Source of the DNA: Felis catus
Taxonomy: Eukaryota
Assembly (NCBI RefSeq): GCF_018350175.1
Contig: NC_058368.1
Location: 36,830,001 to 36,894,000, forward strand
Direction of reading: 5' to 3'
DNA length: 64,000 nt
The notes beneath the pieces were generated by a model that did no database searches, was not told the origin of the DNA, and saw only the letters and a program-made list of their open reading frames with translations. The translations under genes and the position numbers were made by a program. Below are positions 23,090 to 36,116 of the stretch, piece by piece (position 1 is the first letter of the stretch; each line of letters opens with the position of its first letter).

Positions 23090-23310
23090 TAGTTAAAACT
23101 TGAGATTAGTTTTTTACTAGTTGTATGACCACGCACAGATTACTTAAGTCTTGGTAGATTTTCATTTTTTCAACTATAAAATGATTATGAGAATAGGACC
23201 TTCCTCAGAGATTAGTTTTGAGGGCTAAATAAAACAATGCAATACAGTACATAGAACATTTCCTGAAACATGTGAAACACTCGAGAAATTTTAGTTATTA
23301 TCTCATAATG
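23090..23310 (+). mobile_element. MIR
   Basis: tactagttgtatgacc...ctataaaatga...gagggctaaataa. Confidence 0.6.
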
Positions 23311-23689
23311 AACATAAGATTATGATTGTGTCTAAAGAGAAAAGAGCTGCCTGGAGAGTTGTTTTCAGTTTTGAGAAATGAAAGGAGAGATGCAAACAAT
23401 CACTACCTAGTTGCTCAAAGAGCTGTAAAACTGATCACATTATGTATGATAAACCCATAAGACAGCCCAATTTATTCCACTAAGTAATGAACTTATATTA
23501 ACAGACCGTGTAGAACAGTATTTTGTTTGGTACTAAGAAATCCCAACAGTTGAGTTCATTTTCTTGGGTTCTAACTAGTATCTTGAGCTTGTATTATCTT
23601 GAAGATGACCAACTTTAGGGGAAAATGTTTTTACTACTTTGACTTGCCAGATGCCTGACAAATACCCAGTTCTGTATCAGAGAACTGAC

Positions 23690-23781
23690 AAAGTCAAAAG
23701 TGTTTTCATGATACTAATATGTTATTTGCCTTTTTTCCCTTTCTTTTTAATTTTTATTCTTTCTTTTAAAGTTTACTTATT

Positions 23782-23827
<46 letters not shown>

Positions 23828-24397
23828 CATGCATGCCTGAGGGCCAGAGAGAGAGGGAGAGACAGAATCCCAAGCAGGCTCCATGCCATCAGCACAGAGC
23901 CTGATGTGGGGCTCAAACTCACAAACCCTGGGATCTTGACCTGAGCTAATGACATGAGCTGAGATCATGAGTTGGACGCTTAACCAGCTGAGCCACCCAG
24001 GCACCCCCTCCTTTCTTTCTTTAATAAACCCACTGGGATTTTCCAGAGGCTCTGTGATGCATAATGTGGCAACAACATGAAAGACCATCTAGTTCTCTAT
24101 TAAGATAGATACTACAGAGAATTGCAAAAATGTTAGACAATACAACTCTGCTCACTAAAGTGTTTGGTTTTGGAAAACGTAGTTTTTCCTTTTTATGAAC
24201 ATTTGTTATTTATGTTACAGTAATGAGTTTGTTATTGTTATTTTTTAAATGATTACATATTTTAAAAGTTCTCAGCTGAACTGTATATCAGGAGAAATAT
24301 CAATATGTAAAACCCAAATAAACAAAAGCTCTTCAGAGTCCTCGGTAATTTTGACAAGTATAAAGTGGTCCTGGACTGAAGAATTTGAGAACTGCTC
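23690..24397. mobile_element. hAT-Charlie element (Charlie4a-like) interrupted by a SINE
   Basis: gtcaaaagtgttttcatgatactaa...ttccagaggct...aaacaaaagctctt...tttgagaactgct. Confidence 0.7.
23760..24007 (-). mobile_element. CanSINE
   Basis: Long (GA)n, core and head. Confidence 0.95.
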
Positions 24398-24715
24398 TTA
24401 AAATGAAATGTTTGTGAATGCAGGAACATTTACACAGTTTTGAAAGCTTCTCAATAGGACAGAGAGAAAAATGCTAACCAAGATCAGAGATCGCATTTTG
24501 TTTTGTTATATTCATATTGAATGCACCTTTAGTGAACCTCTGTATATATGAGATACACAAATGACCTCTTCACATCAGCCTATGTGCTAAAGTAGCTAAA
24601 CAGCTGTCTTCCTCCTCGGCTCTACCTGTCTTTGGTGCTATCATGGACCCTACAATTGCCCATTTCTGGGCATTCATTTGTTATTCCAGTACTTCATATA
24701 AAAAGCAACAGCTAG

Positions 24716-24935
24716 GGGGTGCCTGGGTGGTTCAGTTGGTTAAGTGTTCAACTTCAGCTGAGGTCATGATCTCACATTTTGTGAGTTTGAACCTCGTGTT
24801 GGGCTCTGTGCTGACAGCTCAGAGCCTGGAGCCTGCTTTGGATTCTGTGTCTCCCTCTGTCTGCCCCTCCCCTGCTCACACTATGTTTCTCTCTCTCTCT
24901 CAAAAATAAATAAACATTAAAAACAAAACCAAAAA
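24716..24935 (+). mobile_element. CanSINE
   Basis: Head, core, A tail. Confidence 0.95.
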
Positions 24936-25407
24936 ACAATGGCTAGGCACTTTGCCACTTCCTGAGCCAGTAGAGGTTGAAAAAAAAAAAAGGAGGTAGG
25001 TCTTTGTCTTCATAGAGCTTACAATATAAAGCAAGAAACAGATGTTAAAAAGAAAGTGCATAAATAAATATGTAGTTGAAAATAAGTATAAATGCTAAGA
25101 TTAGCGTGTTTATGAAAGCCAAGCCAACATCGTATGGAATGTTTTTTTACTGTTCTTTTTATTTTAAGTTACTCAGTCTAGGTCCAAATTCTGAGTAACC
25201 CTATTTGGTCTAATAGGATATATTATTATAGTAATGTCCCCAGTGAATCCCTCTTCCTCTTATACCTTTATGTAGTCTTTCCCACATGATTCTTAGCTTG
25301 GCAGTGAATCTTGCCTTGGCTAATAGAATACAACAAAGACTTGAAGAATGCTTGTGCATTTTTGTGAGCAAACTCTCTTAAAACTGGTGAATTATAGAAT
25401 GTGTGAC

Positions 25408-25436
25408 TCTTTTTTAAAAATGTATTTATTTATATT

Positions 25437-25504
<68 letters not shown>

Positions 25505-25672
25505 AATATGATTGGAGGAGGGACAGAGAGAGAGGGAGAAAGAATCCCAAACAGGCTCTGCACTTCCAAACATGGAGCCCATGGCAGGGCTCGAACTCAC
25601 AAACGGTGAGATCATGACTTGAGCTGAAACCGAGAATCGGATGCTTAACCAGCTGAGCCACCCAGGTGCCCC
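25408..25672 (-). mobile_element. CanSINE
   Basis: TSD tagaatgtgtgac (25395, 25673). Confidence 0.95.
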
Positions 25673-25869
25673 TAGAATGTGTGACCCTAAACAGAAGGCA
25701 GGACCACCTTCCACCCTGAGCAGCTAGAATGTAGAGCATGACTTATGCTGGGTAATAATGACCTAATAATTACCTCCTAATAAAATCCATCTGAAAACTT
25801 GGTAGCTGCAAACAACACTCTTTTTATTTGCTCATATAGTCTTACAATCTGGTGACTGATACCTTTTAT

Positions 25870-26850
25870 TTATGGGAAATTATAATTGTCATCACATCTT
25901 CTTTTCTCTTTCTGGAACTGCGGTTTGTTGTATGTTAGATATCCTAGATAGATTCCCTAATTTTCTATCTTTTTTCCCCATATTTTTCTACTTCAGCCTT
26001 CTAAAATATTTCTTTTACTCCCTTTTTCTAGTTAAATTTGGGTTGGGGTCTCATTTTTTTTTTTAATTTTTCTAAGAGCTATTCTTCGTTTCTTTTATAA
26101 TGTCCTATTTTTATTTTTTGGTTATAATATTTGTACATTTTAAAGGATATTAATTATACTGTATTTGGTTATTTCATCTCATCCTTGCATTACTTTTATT
26201 TCTTTTAAGTTACTTGGTATGTTTGTCCCTACATTTTATGTTAAAGACTTTACTAAAATGTCTGGTCATTACTGTTCTTGATACCTACTTAAGAGTAAAC
26301 ATTGAAAAGATGATTGGAGGTTCTGAGTATTTGGGTAAGGATTATTTGAAATGTTGGTTTTGCTCGAGGATGGTAGGGTATCCAGGCTTTTCACTGGAGA
26401 CTTCCACATCAAGATCTGCAGTTTTATGTATATATGTATGAATCAGGAACTTCTCTGGTTCAAATTCTCCAGAATATATACCTCCCTCTTCCTGTGGTTA
26501 TGGCACAGTAGCCAGACCTAATGAAGATTTGGAAACTTGTATGTACTTTTTATACAAATTTCAAACAATCTCGCTGTCTGCAGTTCTTTACCCACCCCCA
26601 TGAACTCTGTAGTACCTGGTTCCTCCATTCCTTGGAGGAACCAGCTAGCTTCTTGTAAATGTACTCTTCCGCTAGCAGTTTGAGTTGACCTTTTGCTGTG
26701 AAAATTTATTAGCCATTTCTCTGAGTTCAGTCTTTATATAGTTTAGTTTCCTACTACAAATGTTTTCAGTTTCGTTGAAGATAAGAGTAGGATTTTTGTT
26801 CCTTGTGCTTATTAATTTGGGAAGACTTGAGAAAACAAGGAGTGAAATAC
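25870..26850 (-). mobile_element. Ancient L1M-type fragment
   Basis: T-rich, ttctctttctggaact...tgttagatatcct resembles reverse old L1 ORF1 region. Confidence 0.45.
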
Positions 26851-26879
26851 TCTAATTTTAAAACCCATTTTATTAATTG

Positions 26880-27308
26880 TTTTTTTACTGCCTATTAGAT
26901 AAGTCTCTGAGCATGGCATATGGGCCCTTCAATCTGACACTCTCCCACCTGCCCAGCCTTCAGAGGTTATATATTTTTATAGGCAACTTAGTCACATGTA
27001 GCCTGAGTACCAGATTTACTGTTAGCATTTGTCTGAACAATTCATGCACATTTCTGGCTTATTTTCTTATTCTTCTGCACCTTTATTAGTCCAGCTGCCT
27101 AGAATGCCCATGAGACCAAATCTCTGGCTCATTTCTTTATCAACAGGGATAGGTCTCTCTTCTGTGTGCTCACAGAACACAACCAGTGTGACAACTACAG
27201 GATTTGAAATTATGTTTCCTTAAATGTCTTTCCAGCTAGACTGTGAAATTATTGAGGGCCGGGTTGTAGTTAATTATTTTTATATTCTCAATGCCTAACA
27301 TATGTTTT
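26880..27308 (+). mobile_element. L2 3' region
   Basis: tagactgtgaaattattgagggc...atgcctaacata. Confidence 0.6.
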
Positions 27309-27378
27309 GTTTGTTCATTTAATTTTATTTTAGATTACCTTTTTTTAAATTGAGGTAAAATTGGTATGTAACACTATA

Positions 27379-27619
27379 CATTGACCCTTGAACAATGTGG
27401 GCTTGAACAGTATGGGCCCACTTATATGTGAATTTTTTTCAATAAATAAATTGAACATGTCTTGGAGATTTGTGACAATTTAAAAAAACTTGCAGATGAA
27501 CCATGTAGCCTAGATATTGGTAAGACTTCCAGTCAACAGTAGGCTACTGACAGTTAAATTTTTGGTGAGTCAAAAGTTATTCATGGATTTTCAGCTCCTC
27601 CCACATTGTTCAAGGGTCA
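27379..27619. mobile_element. Tigger2-like MITE inside the L1 3' end
   Basis: 20-bp perfect inverted termini tgacccttgaacaatgtggg, preceded by TA. Confidence 0.85.
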
Positions 27620-29789
27620 GGTATACAACATTATAATTTGATATCTCTATGCAGGAAAAGATGGCCACCACTAAAATCTAGTTACCATTTATTACCATAC
27701 AGTTGACACCCTTCACCCATTTTGCATAGGCCCCATGCCACATCCTTCCCCTATGCTGACCACCAATCTGGTTTCTGTATCTATAAGTTTGTTTTTGTAT
27801 TGTTTGTTAATTTTTTTTAATTACACAGATGAGTGAAATCTTATGATATTTGTCTTTTTCTGTCTGACTTACTTCACTCAGCATAGTACCTTCAAAGTCC
27901 ATCCATGTTGTTGCAAATGGCAAGATTTCATTTTTTATGGCTGAGTAGTATTCCATTGAATATATATGTATATACCACATCTTCTTTATCCATTCATCTA
28001 TCAGTGGACATTTGGGTTGTTTCCATTTCCTGGCTATTTATAAATAATGCTGCAATAAACATAGGGGTACATATATCATTTTGAATTAGCATCTATGTAT
28101 TCTTCAGATAAATACCCAGAAATGGAACAGCTAGATAATATGGTAGTTCTGTTCTTAATTTCTTGAGAAATCTCCATACTATTTTCTGTAGTGGCTGCAC
28201 CAGTTTGCATTCCCACCAACAGTGTACAATGGTTCCCTTTTCTCTACATCCTCACCAATATTTGTTATCATTTTTGTCCTTTTGATGATAGCCATTCTAA
28301 CTGGTGTGAGGTGACATCTCATTGTAGTTTTTATTTGTTTCCCTGATCATTGGTGATGTTGAATATTTTCCCATGTGCCTGTTGGCCATCTGTATGTGTG
28401 TTTCGGTAAAATGTCTATTCAGATCCTCTGCCTTTTTAAAAATTAAGTCGTTTTTTGTTATTGAGTTGTATGAATTCTTTATGTATTTTGGGTATTAATT
28501 CCTTGTCAGGTATATGATGTGTAAAAATCTCCTCTCATTCAGTAGGTTGACTTTTCATTTTGATGATGATTTCTTTAACTGCACAAAAGCTTTTACTTTG
28601 ATATAATCTCGTTTATTTATTTTTGTTTTGGTTTCCCTTGCCTTTGGAGTCAGATGCACAAATGTATTGCTAAGACTAATATTGAGGAGCTTACCACCTA
28701 TGTTTTCTTCTAGGAATTTTATGGTTTCAGGTCTGATATTCAAGTCTTTAATCCACTTTGAATTAATTTTTGTCTGTGGTATAAGATGGTGGACTAGTTT
28801 CATTCATTTGCATGCATCTGTACAGTTTTTGCATCACCATTTATTGAAGAGACTATCCTTTCTCCATTGTGTTCTCCTAGCTTCTTTACAGTAATTGTTC
28901 ATATATATGTGAGTTTAATTCTGAGCTCTCAATTCTGTTCTATTCATCATTATGCCTGTTTTTATGTTAGTTTCATACTGTTTTGATTACTATAGCTTTG
29001 TAGTATAGTTTAAATTAGGGGACGTGATATGTTCAACTGTGTTCTTTCTCAAGATTGTTTTTGCTTTTTGGGATCTTTCTTAATGTCATACACATTTTAT
29101 AATTATTTATTCTAGTTCTGTGAAAAATGCCATTGGAATTTTACAGAGATTGTATTAAATCTGTACATTGCTTTGAGTACTATGAATATTTTAACAATAT
29201 TAATTCATTCAATCCATGAGTGTGGACTACTTTTCCATTTATTTGTGTCGTCTTCAATTTTTTTCATCAGTATTTTAGTTTTCAGTGTACAGGTCTTTCA
29301 CCTCAGTTAAATTTACTTCTAGGCATTTTACTCTTTTGGATGCAGTTGTGAATGGGATTATTTCCTAAATTTGTCTTTCTGTTAATTTTTTATTAGTGTA
29401 TAGAAACACCACAGATTTCTTGGTGTTGATTTTGTATCTTGCTGCTTTATTGAATTTATTGATTAGTTCTCACAGTTTTTTTATTGGAGGCTTTTGGGTT
29501 TTCTATATATAGTATCTTGTCATCTGCAAATAGTGACAGCTTTACTTCTTCCTTTTTAATTTGGATGCCTTTAATTTCTTTTTCTTGCCTAATTGCTGTG
29601 GCTAGGACTTCCAATACTGTGTTGAATAAAAGTGATAAAAGTGGGCATTCTTGCCTTGTTTCTGATCTTAAAGGAAAAGCTTTTAGCTTTTTACCATTGG
29701 GTATGTTAGCTGTGGGTTTGTCATATATGGCTTTTATTGTTTTTAGGTGTATTTCCTCTATACTCAATTTGTTGAGAGTATTTTTTTAA

Positions 29790-29997
29790 CATTCTTTTTT
29801 TAAATGTTTATTTTTGAGACAAACAGAGATTGCGAGCAGAGGAGGGGCAGAAAGAGAGTGAGAGAGAGAATCTCAAGCAGGCCCAGCACTGTGAGTGCAG
29901 AGACTGATGTGGGGCTTAATCCCACAAACCGTGAGATCATGACCTGAACCGAAATTAAGAGTCAGCCATTTAAGTGACTCAGCCACCCAGGCACCCC
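29790..29997 (-). mobile_element. CanSINE inside L1
   Basis: TSD tgttgagagt. Confidence 0.93.
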
Positions 29998-30265
29998 TGT
30001 TGAGAGTTTTTATCATAAACAGATATTCAGTTTTTTAGATGCTTTTTGTGCATCTGTTGTGATAATCATATGATTTTTGTCCTTTATTTTGTTAATGTGA
30101 CGTACCACATTGATTTGCAGATATTGAACCATTCTTACATCCCTGGAATATATTCTGTACGCTTGATCATGGTGTATGATTCCTTTAATGTATTGTTGAA
30201 TTTGGTTTGCTTATATTTTATTGAGAGTTTTTGCATTTTTGTTCATCAGTGATATTGGCCTGTAT

Positions 30266-30330
30266 TGTGTATGTGTGTGTGCATGTGTGTGCACGTGTGT
30301 GTGTGTGTTCGTGTGTGTGTGTGTGTGTGT
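30266..30330 (+). repeat. Imperfect (TG)n
   Basis: Read directly. Confidence 0.9.
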
Positions 30331-33300
30331 GGTGTTCTTGTCTGGTTTTGGTATCAAGGTAATTCTGGCCTCATAAAGTGAGTTTAAAAGTGTTCCCCCC
30401 TCTTTAGTTTTTTGAAAGAGTTTGAGAAGAAAAGATGTTGATTCTTCTTTGAATGTTTTGTAGAATTCACCAGTGAAGCCGTCTGGTCCTGGACTTTTAT
30501 TTGCTCAGAGGTTTTTGAATACTGATTCAATATCCTGACTAGTAACCAGTCTGTTCAGAAATTCTGTTTCTTCCTGATTAAGTCTTGTAAGATTATATAT
30601 TATTAGCAATTTATCCATTTCTTGTAGGTTGTCTAATTTCCTGTAGGTTGCTGGTGTAAAAATAGTAGTCTCTTATGGTCCTTCGTATTTCTGTAGTATC
30701 ACTTGTAATCTGAAAATAGTGAGAGTTTTACTTCTTCCTTACCAATTTGGATGCCTTCTATTTCTTTATGTTGTCTAATTGTGGTAGTTAGGACTTTCAG
30801 TACTATGTTGAATAAAATTGGTGAGAGTGGGCGTCCTTATCTTGTTCCTCTTCTTGGGGGAAAACCTCTCAGTTTTTCCCCTTTGAGTATGTGGGTTTTT
30901 CATATAAGGTCTTTATTACGTTCCCTCCAGATCTACTTTATAGAGGGTTTTTATAATGAATGGGTGTTGTACTCCTTTGACATTTATTACAAGGATGGTT
31001 TCATGGTGATGAACTCTTAGCTTTTGCTTATCTGGAAAACTCTTAATCTTTCTTTCAATTCTGAATGATAACCTTACCTGGTAGAGAATTTTTGGTTGAA
31101 AGTGTTTTCCTTTCATCACTTTGAATATGGTGTGTTGTTCTCTTCTGGCTTGCAAAGTTTCTGCTGAAAAATTTGCTGAAAGCCTTATGAATTTTCCCTG
31201 TATATAGTAAGTTATTTTTCTCTTGCTGCTTTTCAGAATCTCTCCTTACCTTTAACTTTTACCATTTTAATTATAAGGTGTCTTGGTATGGATTTCTTTG
31301 GGCTCATCTTATTTAGGACTCTCTGGGCTTCCTGGACCTGTGTGTGTCTTTTGACCCTTTTTCTTTCTCTTCTTCTGGGACTCCTATAATGTGAATGTTG
31401 TTCTGTTTGATGTTGTCCCAAAGGTCCCTTAAGTTATCTTTATTTAACAAATTCTTTTCATTTTTGCTGCTCTGTAAGGGTGAGTTCTGTTGCTTTGTCT
31501 TCCAGGTCATTGATCCAATTTTTGGCTCCATCCAATCTCCTTTTGAACTCCTCTAGTGTATTTTTCAGTTCAATTATTGTATTCTTCAGCTCTGTAACTT
31601 CTGTTGGAAATTTTATTGTATTTTCTCTCTATTGAGGATCTCACTGTGTTCATTTACTCTTCTTCTGAGTTCATTGAGCATCTCTATAACCATTACTTTG
31701 AACTCTTAATCCGTTAAATTGTGTATCTCCATTCCATTAATGTCTTTTCCTGATGTTTTGTTCTTTCATTTGGGACATATTTCTCTTGTCTTCCCATTTT
31801 ATTTGCCTCTCTGTGTTTATTTCCATATATTAGGCAAATCAACTACCTCTCCTTGTCTTGAAGGAGCAGTTGTGTGAAGGAAATGCCACATGAAGCCTAG
31901 AAGCACTATCCTCTGTGACCACCAGAGCTAGGTGCTCAAGGGGTGTCCCTCGTGTGGGCTGTGTGCACCCATCTATTGTAGTAGACCATGTGTCTGGCAT
32001 GTGTGTGTGCAGGACTAGTGCCTCTTTGTGATGCATGGCCATGTGTGCTGCACAGGGGTGGGTGGGCTTGGTTTCCTGCTGGCCACATCACATGGCCATG
32101 CTGGGATATGATGGGTGACTGGGACTGGTGCCCAGCCTGGCCATGGATCACAGCTGTGTCAAGGCACAGGTTGGGCTGGACTAATGCCTGTCCTGGCCAT
32201 GACATACAGATATGCTGCAAGGGGTGGGTGGGGTTCTTAGCTGAGTGTGGTCACCAGCTCTAACAGGTTAGAGGGAGTGTTCCAAAATAGCACCCTCTGG
32301 TGGTGACCTTAGCAAAGTAGGATGAGGTTGAAATTATGGTGCCTATCAGTGTCTCAGGCCCTGGGAAAAGTCTCAGTATTTCCTACCTCTCTAGCAGTCA
32401 CTTCAAGATTAATTAGTGGGTGCCCTTCATATATATAGTCAGAGGACTATTTCCAATTTGGTGTTTTGGGTTGGATCCTGGGGTGGGCGAGTCTGCACAG
32501 GAGTCCTTTAAAAGCATGTTTTTCTTGTCTTGCAATTCTTTGGTTTTCCTGGATGTAATGTTTGTTGGTTTCAAAGCCTGACATTTAGAGTGCTTGTCTT
32601 TCTGGTGCAGGATCATTGATGCCTGATGTGGAGCTCAAACCCCCCACTCCTTAGGGAAAAGTTCCATATTTTGTTATTACCCCCAAAAGTTCTATATTTT
32701 TGAGAGATCCCTCCTAATTGTGGATCACTGTAGTTGGCATTGGGGTTTTTTGGTGAGATGGTGTCTTTGCCTGTCCTAGTCCTCTCAGTGCTGTTCTTTT
32801 TGTTCTTTGTTGTAGAGGCTTTCTTCATCCAGTTTTCTGGTCTTTGTCAGAGGAAATTGTTCCATTTGTAGTTATATATTTGTCAATCTGTGGGAGGTAG
32901 TGAGTTCAGGATCTTCTATGTCACCATCTTGAACCTCTCTCCTGGCATATGGTTTTAATGTGTGTAAGATTAGTTAATTAACAAATTAATTAATTAATTA
33001 AAACTTTGAAAGTTTACCTTGGTTATTCTCCCTTGGAAGATGAAGTTCTGCTATAGTGTAGGTGTTATCCATCAAGGCAACAGTGATTATCAGAAACGTC
33101 TATGGAATTTTAGAACTGGAGGTTTGGATTCAGTTGATCACAAGTGGGTCAGCACCTGCAACTATGGTAGATTACTGTGTGCCAGGCACAGTACTAAGCA
33201 GTTTACATGCATTGTTGTTTGCAGTATTCAGCTTCAATGTTATTTTGGTTAATTTTCAACTAGTCTCACGATGTTTTAATTTGTGAGTAAAAATTTTAAT

Positions 33301-33419
33301 AAGGCTACTTAATTCTATAGTTTCATTATAACATGAATTTTTGTGAAGTATAGTGATCAAAGTTTGGTTACAGGTTCATATTCTCTAATTTTTCATAGGC
33401 TTAATTGGTGTTGGTTTTA

Positions 33420-33584
33420 ACTGACTGAACGCTCTTGAAGGCATGTATTATAGCATTAAATCTCCCGTACCTATTACAGTATTTATCAGTGTTCTTCAGC
33501 ACCTGAGACAGTGCCTAATACACAGCAGGGGATCAGTAAGTAGCTTTGAATGAATGAATGAATGAATGAATGAATGAATGAATG
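33420..33584 (+). mobile_element. L2 3' end with (GAAT)n tail
   Basis: acagtgcctaatacacag...cagtaagt then GAAT array 33548-33584. Confidence 0.75.
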
Positions 33585-33875
33585 ATGTAGAATGATGTCT
33601 TCATATAATGCAGAGTGGGGCTCATAGTGCTATATATTTTCAGAGCTGAAGTGGTAGGGAAAAGCCCGTGGAAAGGATGAGATTTTAGTTGATGTTTAAA
33701 GATTGTAGGTGTTGGAGAGGTGAAGAGAATAGAGGTGTAGCCTTAGAACCTCTGAAGCTGATCTAATTTGAATACTGAAAGACCCTTTATCCCCAAATAT
33801 CTCATTTGCTCATATGACAGAGAACTTAATTTCCCATATAGAGCAGTTCATTCACTTAAGGAATTGTGTATTTAA

Positions 33876-33878
<3 letters not shown>

Positions 33879-33918
<40 letters not shown>
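33879..33918 (+). repeat. (CA)n microsatellite
   Basis: Read directly. Confidence 0.95.
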
Positions 33919-34859
33919 AAATTCTTTGGGAGGAGTGACACATTTGCACATTAAAAGTTATTGCCTCATTAGTACAGATGGTGTGTTCTACCCTAAGCAG
34001 GCAGCTCAAATTGGTCTGGACTAATTTGGCTCATGGTGGGAAAGGTGGAAGATTCTATGAGGGGGGACACCTGGCGCTGGCTTTGAGGCACCTTTGCCTT
34101 AGTGTACTTAGTGGGGCCACCGAGAAAGCCAAGGAAAGCATAGAAGTAGAGAGGTGGGACATTAAAGACTAGTACTTTTCTACAGAGGACAGTTTCCCAT
34201 ACCTGTAACTTTCTTGTAAAAAGATACTAGAGATTTATTCCTGTAATAAAAGTACAAATGATTAAAATTTGGAGATTATTCTGGAAATGAGCATTTTTGA
34301 GGGACCATTCATTTCTGAAAATAGATGGGCAGTTTTAATAGTTCTAGAAATATATTTCTTTTGGAAAGGTATTTATTTTTAGGTAAAGAAACAAAAAAAA
34401 ATCAAGCTAATTAGCATGGAAAACACATTAAGTTTGACTCATCCTTTAAAATGTAGCAAATGGCATAAGGTAGATTCCACGATTAATTCATCTTTTTGCC
34501 CCCAAATGTTTGGTCCAGAGGATAGCATGTTATAAGCCCTCAAAAATATTTATAAATGAATGAAAATAATTGTGTCTACAGTGAGAATCTCCAGTATAAT
34601 GAATGGCTCATTTTGTGAATTGAATAGTTTATTGTGTTTGTGAGTGACTCGGCATTCCGAAGCATTTCTAAAGTCTGCCCCTAATGTGGAAACCCACAGC
34701 AAACATTGCGGACCCATTGGTAGAAATGGAAGCCAGTGGGAATATTGTAGAAAACAAGAGAAATCTAAAACAAGAAATTCATTGATCAGAAAATGTGGTT
34801 ATTTCAATAGGTGAACTGGAAAATAACAGAAAATGTATTATCTATTATAATGCTTTGTA

Positions 34860-35795
34860 AATGTGCATCTATACCTATACCTATACTTTAAATCTAGAGC
34901 TATCTCTGTCTCTGGTTCCTGGCACAGAGCTCCTAACTTTTATAGTTTCTTGAGTAATAAGAGTATTAGGAACATTTTTTCTTCTATTATTTGGTCTTTG
35001 ACTCTGTTCCTGACCTAAATCCCTGTTCCCAAATCCCTTGGAATTCTGTGAGTTCTAGGAATGCCACCCCCCCCCCCCCCAACCTAATGAGGTATCTCTT
35101 GGTGGGCTCCTGGATAGCTTTAGGAAGGGGGCTAGTTACCAGAAAGATCAAGCCATGATTAGAAGCTTGGAACTTTAAGCCCACCACCCATCCTCTGGGA
35201 AGGGGAGAGGGCTGGAGATTAAATAAATGACCCATCATTCCTATGTAATAAAGCTTTCATAAAAATCCTTAAAGTATGGGGTTCAGAAAATTTTCTGGTT
35301 AGTGAATACTTCTGTGTGCTGGGAGAGTGACCCGCTCCAACTCCACAGGAATAGAAGCTCCTGCACTTGGGACCCTTCCAGATCTTCCTCACTGTATCTC
35401 TTCATCTGGCAGTTTATCTGTATCCTTTATCATATCTTATATTATAAACTATAAATATAAGTGTTTGTCTCAGTTCTGTGAGCTGTTCTAACAAATGATG
35501 AAATCCAAGGAGAGGGTCATGGGAGCTGATATGTAGACACGTTGGGTAGAAATTGTGGTTAACCTGAGGACCTCCTACTTGCTATTGGCATCTGAACTGG
35601 GGGGCTGTCTTGTGAGACTGAGCCCTTAACCTGTGGTGTATGAATTAACTCCAGTTATTGTCAGAATGGAATTAAATTGTAAGACACTCAGCTGATGTCA
35701 GAGAGGATTGCTTGGTCTGGAAAAAAACCCACACATTTGGTGTCAATAGTATTGTGTGTGAGTAAAAGAGAAACATGGTGTTTTTCTTACACACA
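34860..35795 (+). mobile_element. MER21-like LTR
   Basis: ggttcctggcacagagctcc, accagaaagatcaagccatgattaga, gaagctcctgcacttgggacccttccaga, gactgagcccttaacctgtgg. Confidence 0.85.
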
Positions 35796-36053
35796 AACAA
35801 ATGAACAAAGTACAACCCCTCCCCCCCCTCCCCCCGCCGCCCCGCCTCTGCTGTATATAGTTAGGGGATGGTATATTTCTAAAGCTAGCCTGGTCTACCA
35901 TTGGTCTGAGGTTTTCCTCTTGATGACTTTCCTTTCTGTTATCAACAACTTTTAACACATTAAGCATGACTTTTTATGCGTTATTTGCTGAGTGTGATAA
36001 CACGGGCTGCTACTGTTAGTTCTCAATACTGTGTAGAAGCATGGTAACAAATC

Positions 36054-36116
36054 CTGTTCCCAGAATGAGTTGTCATGTGCTGTTCTGTTCCCAGAGTGAG
36101 TTGTCATGTGCCGTTC
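36054..36116 (+). repeat. 31-bp tandem duplication (2 mismatches)
   Basis: ctgttcccaga(a/g)tgagttgtcatgtgc(t/c)gtt twice. Confidence 0.93.

Larger units (their letters stand above)
27309..32940 (-). mobile_element. 5'-complete, internally deleted, inactive L1
   Basis: 5' start AGAGAGGTTCAAGATGG at 32940, ORF1 peptides (DLWDNIKQNNIHIIGVPEE), RT motif LSLFADD (29456-29767), 3'UTR; degenerate TSD cct(aa/gg)catatg. Confidence 0.92.

Noticed and set aside
28555..31531. ORFs with RT and ORF1 similarity
   Set aside because: Fragmented L1 remnants with stops, frameshifts and a missing endonuclease region; not active
34055..34085. CTCF-like motif
   Set aside because: Core mismatched; too weak to call by eye
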